Origin: Vicugna vicugna
Taxonomy: Eukaryota
Assembly (NCBI GenBank): GCA_013265495.1
Contig: MU062811.1
Span: 3,443,462 to 3,507,461, forward strand
Direction: 5' to 3'
Length of the DNA: 64,000 bases
Shown here: positions 1-10,000 of the stretch, in pieces
Layout of the letters: each line of letters starts with the position of its first letter
How positions within the stretch are numbered: the stretch's first letter is position 1
Translations under genes and position numbers: made by a program
The notes under the pieces: model-generated
Told to the model about the DNA's origin: nothing
The model's database searches: none
What the model saw: the letters and a program-made list of their open reading frames with translations, nothing else

Positions 1-469
1 CCTTGAGGGCAGGGGCCCTGTCTCTTTCATCACTGGGAACCCGATACCCCATGCCACTATGGACTTGGCTGTGACCAAGCACTCAGGAAGCAGCTGTAGT
101 CAAAGGAGGGACCTGAAGGCTTCCAGAAGAGCTGCACTGGATATGAATGAATTGCAGTGGATTATAGCATGAAGACAGTCCAGTATGGTGCTGAAGAAGT
201 TTAGAGTTAGTGTTGATTTTAAGTTGCTATTTATTGAGCAACTCATTTATATTCTCTGAGCCACAGGACCTTTTTCTGTAAAGTGGAAAAATGATATTCA
301 TCGTGGGGGGTTATTGTGGGATTAAATTAAAAGTGCCTAAAGTAGGTCTTCAATAAATAATGGCTGATAGCTTTAGTGATAATCTGAGTGGGGTTTCCAT
401 CACTGTCAATGATCAAGGAGAGAATAATACCAATTAATGCTCATCGTGCCATTAGTATAAGCTTTACAT

Positions 470-605
470 ATCTTTTTTGATCCTATGAGGTAGGTGCTAT
501 TATTCCCATTTTACAGAGGAAGAAACTGAGGCATACTAAGATTAAGCAACTAGCCCAAAGTCACACACCTACTTTTAAAGAAATTGGGCCATTTGAACCC
601 CAGAG
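470..605 (-). mobile_element. MIR SINE fragment
   Basis: cccattttacagaggaagaaactgaggc...caactagcccaaagtcacaca is the reverse of the MIR core. Confidence 0.7.
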
Positions 606-882
606 CCAGTTGGTATTAGGTAGAACTGAGGACTGGACCATTTGACCTCTTCAAGTGCTTTCCAATACAGAGCTAAAGCAACTGCTGGGTCTGTGGTAAT
701 ACCCTGGAATTCCTCGTCCAGCTTTGCCACTGACCTTCCTGGTCACCTTGGACCTGTCCCTTCCCCTTTCTTGACCTTGGTTTCTTCTCTTTATAATGAG
801 GAGGTCAGACGCAGTGATCCTGGATTCTGAACTGCAGCCCAGGAGGAGACTTGGGAGTGAGACCTGGGAAGGGGCCTGCTTG

Positions 883-890
883 TGACATCA
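883..890 (+). promoter_or_regulatory. CRE-like element TGACATCA about 140 nt upstream of the CATSPER1 ATG
   Basis: One mismatch from TGACGTCA. CREM/CREB control of spermatid genes is established; function of this site is inference. Confidence 0.3.
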
Positions 891-1027
891 TAGACGGGAG
901 AATTCCACGAGAAGCTGGGCTTTCCTAGGAGCCCAGTGCCACAGCCTACGTGAGAAAGGCAATACAGGATGGGGCCTTCAGGGGCCACGTCTTGAGCTTT
1001 CCTCATTCCAGCTTTCCCAGCATAGTC

Positions 1028-4000
1028 ATGGAGCAACCTTCGATGGCTGAAAAGGCTCCAAGTGAGACAGACACCAATGACTTGGATGTGTTCCCTCACC
1101 CCAGCTTGTCACCGCCGCACCACGGGCCAGGCCATAGTGGAGTCCACCACCATCAAGAGCCCCGTCATGGCAGTGTGTCCCAACTTCATGGCGTATCCAG
1201 TCATCTTGGTGGATCTCAGCACCTTGGTGAGTTCCAAGACTTCCGTGACAATGCCTTCTGCTGCCATTCTCCCAACTCCCCCGACTCCCGCCACCCCCTA
1301 CTCCCCACGCCACGCTGAGGCCCACCATCACAGCGGAGCCCACCACTCCACATCCCTTTCCCTGGCTCCTCCCCATGATGCTGTTCCCTCCCACCATTCC
1401 TATGGTGAGGACCACTTTGATGATGAGCCCCACTCTGGTAGCAGAAGACATCATGGGGGCCCCCACCACCATAGGGAGTCCTACCACCATGGTGGGTTTC
1501 ACCACCACAGTGAGGCTCCCCACCAGAGTGGGCTCCATCCACAAGGTAAACCTCACTACTGTAAAGACTCCCACCACTCTGGTGAACCCCCAACCACAGT
1601 GAGGCCTATCACCGTGTTGGGCCTCATCATCGTGAAGCCCACCATCACAGAAGGCCTACTACCATGGGGTCCTATCACCCTGAGCTACCTCACCACCACG
1701 GTGAGCACCACCACGGCAAGCACCACCATGGCCACCATGGGCACCATGTGGAGCACCACCACAGTGCACATCCTTACGATCTCCCCCACAGAGAGCACTA
1801 CCACGGGGAGTACCATCAGGGTAGCTCCCAACTCCTTGGCCCACACACATCCCCCAGCGTGGCCAGAGCCTCCCTCAGCTCTGTCTTTTCTCATCCAATA
1901 GTCCTCCAATCTAGCAAGACAAACATACAGAGCTCAGACCGGAACTTGGCTTGTTCCTGTAGCACAGTTCACTCACCTGATTTCCAGACCTCCAACAAAG
2001 TCCATCCTCAGGATTCCTCCTTTAACACCTCAGAAAGCTTGCCTAAAGGAGATGAGCAGTTTCAGAAGCGCGGAAGTGAGCCTTTGCTCTCCCCCCTCCC
2101 CCCACCCCAGCTGCCTGGCCCGGATGCCAGACCCGAGTCTGGCCCGCACGTCCTTCTGAGGATCATGAGGCTTGTGCTCACCTGCGTGTGCATCCCACTG
2201 GCTATTCACTCACCTGACTGTCCATCAGCCAATCTTTTATTCCTGGAATTATGCACCTCCTCAGTCTGCCAGCCATTTGTTCATTCAGTCACTGCTTCTT
2301 TTATTCGTGTGTCCACTTCTCAAACGTTTCCTCTTGTCTAGTGTGAAAGCTGGGGGTGGTCACTTACACAACCAAACCCAGACCACCCCCAGTGATAGGG
2401 GTCTATCCTCCAGATCGGAACATTCACCACTGTAGGTTCTGTTTGTCCACGTTTCCCCTACTAAACTGTGAGCTTCTTGAGGGCAGAGTTTGGGAACCAG
2501 CGCCTGAATGAGGGTCTTGTTTGAGGGCAAGAGGGACTTTGACTGATAACATGCAATCCCCCAAACTTGGCCCCCGGTAGTTCAGTAAACACAGCAACAG
2601 CCTCACAAACAGGTAGTGAAGGGCGTGTGTCTAATTGTTTGGGGGTAGAGAGGGCAGTCAAGAGGGGGAGATGTTTCAACAGAATCCTGGAGATAGAGAG
2701 TTTACCAGGAGGATGGGGTCTTCCATGTACAAGCTGCCATGTGAGTAAAGAAAAGCATAGAGGTGCAGGAGCATGAGCCCCGTGATGTGCCCAGGCAGAC
2801 CCCAAATCCCAATCAGGCTGACTTGCCAGGGAACGGCTCAAGCCTGTGGCCCCAATACTAGTGCAAGACTAGCAAGGAGGCACATGGCAGGCAAGCAGGC
2901 AGGCTGGAGAGGGTGCCTGGGACCCTCGTGTCCCGTTCCACACAGGCTTGGCTTTCTGGCCCCTTTGCAGCTGGCCCAGCCCAGCGGACCCACAGGAGGC
3001 TGCATGCTGTGGACCTCTTCTATTGGTTGCGGGAAAAATTAAGCTTCTTCATTTGGGACATCCGGAGAATGCTCAGGAGACTGACTGAGTCCCTAGCCTT
3101 CGAAGGCTTCATCCTCTTCATTGTCTGCCTCAACACCGTCATGCTCGTGGCCCAGACCTTCGCTCAAGTTGAGATCCGGGGCGGTAAGTGCTAGGGAGCC
3201 CCGTTCATATGGAGGAGGCGATTGATGTTCCAGGCCTCCTGTGGGCCTGACCAAGTGCCTAGTGACTTATAGAACTTGGGCCATTTGGTCCTCGGAAGTA
3301 GGCAGCATCCCATCCTCCACCCCCACCCCCGCTGCGTTAGAGTGAGGCTTAGAGAGTTTTGCTGAAGTCAGCCAGCCAGCCAGAGACAGAAAAGCCCTCT
3401 CAACTTGAGGATGTACTGTTCATGACTGCAGCCACCAGGTGGCGCGTCAGCTCTAGGTGCACTGCTTTCCCCAAGAAGGATGCCCAGAACCTAAGAGATG
3501 GTGAGAGTGGGAAACCAGGGAAGGAGGCCCCTGAAACCTGGGGAGCAGAGTGAAGGAAAGGACCTGCCACAGGGCACATCAACTAAGGAGAGAAGAAGAA
3601 GAGTGACTGGTGTTTCTTGCAAGCTGTTTCAGGCTCCATTCTAAGCCCTTTACTACGTTAAATGCACTTAATGCTCATGGAAACTCTATCAGGAAGACTT
3701 ATTATCACTATTTGATAGACAACAAAAGTGAGACACAGAGCAGTGAAGACACACAGCCGTTGGGCAGAGCCAGGTTCTCCTTAAATTGCTGTGTGTGTGG
3801 TTCCAGTGGGGAGGAGTGAGGGGCTGGGGTCACTGGGGGAGGCCTGGGGTCACTGGGGAGGGCCTTGAGCAAGCCCCCTGTGTCCCCACAGAGTGGCACT
3901 TCATGGCTTTGGACTCCATTTTCCTCTGCATCTATGTGGTGGAAGCTGTGCTCAAGATCATTGCTCTGGGTCTCAAGTATTTTTCTGACCCCTGGAACAA

Positions 4001-7000
4001 ACTGGGTGGGTAGGGGTGGAGCCTCTGTGTGTGTGTGCGTGTGCATGTGTGTGTATATGTTTGTGTGGTGGGAAGCAGGGGGTATTGGCACCGGGAGGAC
4101 TGTGGGTCTGGGCTAGGGGCCCAGGCAGGAGCCTGTGACACCGAGCCGCCCCCCTCCCCTCCCCATGCCCTCAGATTTCTTCATCATGGTCTTAGCTGTG
4201 CTGGACTTCATGCTCATGCATCTCAACTCTCCCTCCATCACACACGCCGTCTACAACCAAAACACCTTCCGGATCGTCAAGGTCTTCAAGAGCCTGCGAA
4301 CATTGCGGGCTATCTGGGTCCTGCGGAGGCTCAGGTCAGCGGGACCACAGCTGCCCACCCTGGTGTGGGGACTCTGAAGGAAGAGGGAACAATGGGCCTG
4401 GGCTCCCAAGGAATCTGCTGTGACCTGTTCAAGCGATGAGGGATGGGGAGGCGCAGACTCCAGCCTGCTTTCCTGATAAGCCTCCTGCCATCCACTCGGA
4501 TCTATCTCTTCAGTTTCCAGAGAGGGGCCAGGACTCTTCCAAGTCACTAACAAATCAGGGACCTCCTGTCTCAGGTCAACTCTGGCTGCCAGGCACAGAT
4601 CTTCACTTCCACTGATTCAGCCTCCTTCTCAACCTCTGCCCACAGCTTCCTGACCAGCCTCCAGGAAGTGACTGGGACCCTGGCCCGGTCCTTGCCGTCC
4701 ATCACTGCCATCCTCATCCTCATGTTTACCTGCCTCTGTATCCATGCCACGCGGTCTGGGGTGGGAGCATGAGGTGCTGGGCTGGACGGAGTTGCGGGGA
4801 GGGACCAAGAGCTGGCAGGGGGCGGGGAGGGGGAAACTGGGGGAGATGGGGACTCTGTGTGCCAGGTTTGGCCCTGAACAACCAGTCCTCTTCTCTGTGG
4901 TGTTCCGGGCGCTATTCCGCCAATCTGATCCGAAGCGCTTCCAGAACATCTTCACCACCATCTTCACACTCTTCACCCTGCTCACCCTGGATGACTGGTC
5001 CCTCATCTACATGGACAGCCGGGCCCAGGGTGGGGCAGACCTCAGGCTGAGTGGAGGGCAGGGTCTGGCTGGGTGGGCAGACCCAGAGGGCTCAGTTACC
5101 CTATCTGCCAGGTGGGGCTTCTGATGCTTGCTGACACGGGTATGGGGAGTGCTGGCAAAGAACTCACAGCTCAAACAACGCCCTCTCTCCCAGGTGCCTG
5201 GTACATCATCCCCATTCTCATGATTTATATCATCATCCAATACTTCATCTTCCTCAAGTGAGGACCCCACCCTTGTGCTCCCCAGCTTTACCCCCACAAC
5301 ACCTAACCCCGGGTCCCACCCCTCCCCTTTCACCATGGTTATACCACAGTGAATCCAGAGGAGGGTGCAGGGCCTTGCCTATGGCCTCCTCCTTGAGAGT
5401 GTCCCACTGTCTCCACCCCAGCCTGGTGATTGCTGTCCTGGTGGATAACTTCCAGATGGCCCTGCTCAAAGGCCTGGAGAAAGTGAAGCAGGAGGTACCG
5501 AGTTGGGTGGGGCAGGTGGACCAATCAGGAAAACAGGAGGAGGGGCACAGAAGCTGGAGGGAAGGGAGGAGGGTGCTCCAGGGATGAGGAGACATGGGAC
5601 TCTGGCAGGATTCAGGCCTCTTTCTTCCCAGGAGGCCACCCAGGTCCACGAGAATCTACTGGATGACTCACTGAGGGAGCTCATTGAAGCAGGTACCAGC
5701 ACCCCCATCCTCCCAGCAGATACAGAGCTCCAGACCCAGCTTTAGAGTCCAAGACTCAGGCGAACTTTCAGAGCTTACAGCTTTGGTCCCAAGGGCACTA
5801 AGACAATCCTCCAAAAGCCAATTAAACTGATAGTCAATTCTTGAAAGACCCATTTGCAAAGCAATTAATTAGTCAATTATGATTTGCCAAACATTATTTC
5901 TATGAAGAACTTACAAAGATTATAGAGTTGGTCTTATGTGGGGTGGTTTCAGCTGTCTTGAGGGTATTTTCAAGATGCTATCCATGCTTGTCCAGATTCA
6001 CTCCAACTGGACTGAGGGCCTACAAAATGAAGTTTCCTGTACATGTTCGTTTTTACACATCTGACTTTCCAGGTGAAAAGATTTTGAGCCAATTTCTTTG
6101 CCTCCTGCTTAAAGATCTTCAGAACTTTAGAATCTGAGCCCCAGAATGCCACTCTTAGGATCATTAACTCTGGAGACTAAGGGCCTTTAGGGGTCACCTG
6201 GCCTCTCTCCCACACTCTCCATCATGGACACTCAGTGCAAAAAAATTTAAGCAAAGAACAAAACCACAACTGACTGCTAAACAACCATCGGGAAAAAGAC
6301 TGGAATCTAGCAAAAAAGATTTCTTCAACTGGAAACATAAAGAGGGCACCACAGCGTGACGGTAGGAGGGGTGTGCTCACGATGTAACTGGGCCCCAGAC
6401 CTCCGAGTGGACAGCCCACAAGCTGAGGAATAGTTAAGTTGCAGATGCCCTCCCACAGTTGTGAGAGTTCTAAGCCCCACGTCAGGCTCCTCAGCCCAGG
6501 GTTCTGGCATTGAGAGGAGGAGGAGACCCCAAGACATCTGGTTTTGAAGGCGAGTAGGGCTTAGCTCCAGGAGCCCCACTGGACTGGGGGAAACGGAGAC
6601 TTCATTCTCTTCGGAAGTGTATACAGACTCTCACATGAGCCAGGTCCCAGGGCAGAGGCAGTGATTTCATAGAACCTGGACCAGACCTCCCTGCTGGTTT
6701 TGGAAGGTCTCCTGGGGAGGTAGGGGATGGATATAGCTCACCCGGGGACATAAAAGCTGATGGAAGACATTCTGGGGGTGTTCACCTACATGAGCTTTCC
6801 TGGAGGCTGATATCTTGATTGGATCATTCGCACCAAGACCCAGCCCCACGCAACAGCCTGTAGGGAAGCCTCAGGCCAAACAACATACAGGTTGGGAACA
6901 CAGCTCCCCCCCCCCATCAGCAGGCTTCCTGAGCCACAGACACCTCTAGACACTGGTGGGCCCTACCCACCAGAGGCCCAGGACCAAGCTTCACGCAGCA

Positions 7001-10000
7001 GTGGGCAGGCACTGACTCCCCCGCCAGGAACCCTGCATAAACCTCTAGTCCAGCCTCATCCACCAGGGGCAGATATTAGAAATAAGAAAACAACAATCCC
7101 AAAGCCTATGGAAGGAGTCCACAAACACAGGCCAGACTCTACCCTGGGACTGGAAGGACCCTGGCTCTTGGGTGACGAGAGAGGAGTGTACTGCTGGGAT
7201 GTATAGGATGTCTTCCACAGACGGCCACCTCTTCAGTGTCAAGAAACATAATTAAGCTACCTAAAAATACAAGATAAACAATGTGAGGCAGCAGAGGAAT
7301 ATCTCCCAGGCCAAGGCACAAGATAAAATCCCAGAAGAAAAAATAAGTGATGAAGAGATAGGCTGTTTATCTGAGAAAGAATTTAAAGTAATGATGGCGA
7401 AGNNNNNNNNNNNNNNNNNNNNNNNNNNNNNNNNNNNNNNNNNNNNNNNNNTTAGCAAAGAAAAATATAAAGAATACCCAAACAGAGTTGAAGAATAAAA
7501 TCACTGAAATGAGCAACACACTAGAAGGAACCAAGAATAGACTAAATGAGGCAGAGGAACGGATCAGTGAACTAGAAGACAGATTAGTGGAAATCACTAC
7601 TACAGAACAGAAAAAAGAAAAAAGAATGAAAAAAAATGAGGATAGTTTAAGAGAGCTCTGGGACAACATGAAGTACACTAATATTCACATTATAGGGGTC
7701 CCAGAAAGAGAAGACAGAAAGGACCTGAGAAAATTTTTGGAGAGATAATAACTGAAAACTTCCCCAACTTGGGAAAGGAAACAGTCACCCAAGTCCAGGA
7801 AGCACAGAGAGTTCCTCACAGGATCAGCCCAAAGAGGAACGCACCGAGGCACATAGTCATCAAATGGACAACAATTAAGGATAAGGAGAAAATATTAAAA
7901 TTAGCAAGAGAAAAGCAACAAATAACATACAAGGGAACTCCCACAAGGTTATCAGCTGATTTTTCAGCAGAAACTCTACAGGCCAGAAGAGAGTGGCACA
8001 ATATATTTAAATTGATGAAAGGGGAAAAACTTACAACCAAGAATACTCTATCCAGCAAGGCTCTCGTTCAGACTTGATGGAGAAATCAAAAGCTTCACCG
8101 ATAAACAAAAGCTAAAAGAATTCAGCACCACCAAACCAGCTTTACAACAAATGTTACAGGAACTTTTCTAGTCATCAAACCACAAGAAAGAACAAAAAGA
8201 AAGAGAAGAAAAAAAGACCTACAAAGGATTGCTTTGGCAATTGAGGGTCTTTTGTGGTTCTATATAAATTTTGGAATTGTTTGCTCTAGTTCTATGAAAA
8301 ATATTGTGTTTTGACAGGGGTTACACTGGATCTGTAGAATGCTTTGGTTAGTGTGGCCATTTTGATAATTTTGATTCTTCCAATCCAAGAGCACAAGATG
8401 TGTTTCCATTTCTTTGTACCATCTTCAAGTTCCTTCATCAGTGTTCTACAGTTTTCAGAGAATAGGTAACCTCCTTGGTTAAGTTTATTTCTAGGTATTT
8501 AGTTGTTTTTGATGCAATGGAAATGTTTATGCCAGTTATAAAATTCTGGTTTTTGCAGTGAAAAAAAAGTTAATGAAGGACTGCAAATGGCAAAATATTA
8601 TTCTTTTTTATAGGTGAGTTGTATTCCATTACATATGTATGCTGCATCTTCTTCATCCATTCATCTATTGATGTGCACTTAGGATGCTTCCATATCTTGG
8701 CAATTATACATAACATTGCTGTTAATAGCAGGGTGTATGTATATTTTTGAATTAATGTTTTTGTTTTTCTCAGATATGTGCTCAGGAATGGAATTGCTGG
8801 GCCATATGGTGGTTCCATTTTTAGGTTTTTGAGAACTTTCCATATTGTTTTCCATAGTGGCTGCACCCATTTACATTCCCACCAACAGTGTACAAGGGTT
8901 CCGTTTTCCCCACATCCTTGCCAACATTTGTTATTTGTGTTCTTTTTGATGATGGCCATTCTGACAGCTGTGAGATGGTGTCTCATTGTGATTCTGATTT
9001 GCATTTCCATGATATTAGTGATGTTGAGCAACTTTTCATGTTCCTGTTGGTCATCTGCATTTCCTCGTTTGGAAAAATATCTGTTCAGTTCTTCTGCCTA
9101 TATTTTAAATGGGTTGATTGTTTGCTTTTTGACTGAAGTACAGTTGATTTAAAATGTTATATTAGTTTCTGGTGTACAGCATGGATGGACTTGGAGGGCA
9201 TTATGCTAAGTGAAATAAGTCAGACAGAGAAAGACAAATACTGTAGGATATCACTTACATGTGGAATCTAAAAAATACAAGTGAATATAACAGAAAAGAA
9301 ACAGACTCAGATTAGAGAAGGAACTAGTGGTTACCAGTGGGGAGAGGAAAAGGGGGAGGGGCAAGACTGAGGTGGAGGATGAAGAGGTACAAACTATCAG
9401 ATATAAAATAAGCTACAGGGATGTATTGTACACCATGGGGAATATAGCCAATATTTTATAATAACTATAAGTGGAATATAATCTTTAAAAATTTGTGAAT
9501 TACTATATTGTATACCTGTAACATATAATATTGTATATCAACTATACTTCAATTTAAAAATATGATATTGTAAAATAAATACACAAATTTTAAAAAATAA
9601 AAAAAAGCTTAAGCAAAAAGAAAAATTGTCTCAAACTACTTAGCAACTTGGGAGTTCATGGGCTTTCAGGAATGGCTGGATCCAGGACCCAATGTTGCTT
9701 GAGAGTTGGTCTCCTTCCATTTCTCTGCTCTGTAACTCTCTGGGTTTGTGCTTAGGGTGCTCTTCCCTTGTGGTGGGAATATGACCACCTGCAACTCTAG
9801 TCCCAAATTCTCACAGTTTAGCTAAACACAGCTCTCCCAGCAGAGAGGTCCTCTTCTCCCAGCCATTCCAACAAAGTCCCAGAAATGAATCTCTTTGGCT
9901 CAGATTAATCACCTGACTATTTCTGAACCAATCACTGTAACCCAAAGGCTAGGCTGTTCTGATTGGCCAGGCTTGAGTCACATGTCCTTAGAGTTGTGGG

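Noticed and set aside
1026-1909. Several antisense and alternate-frame ORFs over CATSPER1 exon 1 (Val/Gly/Thr-rich)
   Set aside because: By-products of the repetitive CAC/CAT His-codon sequence.
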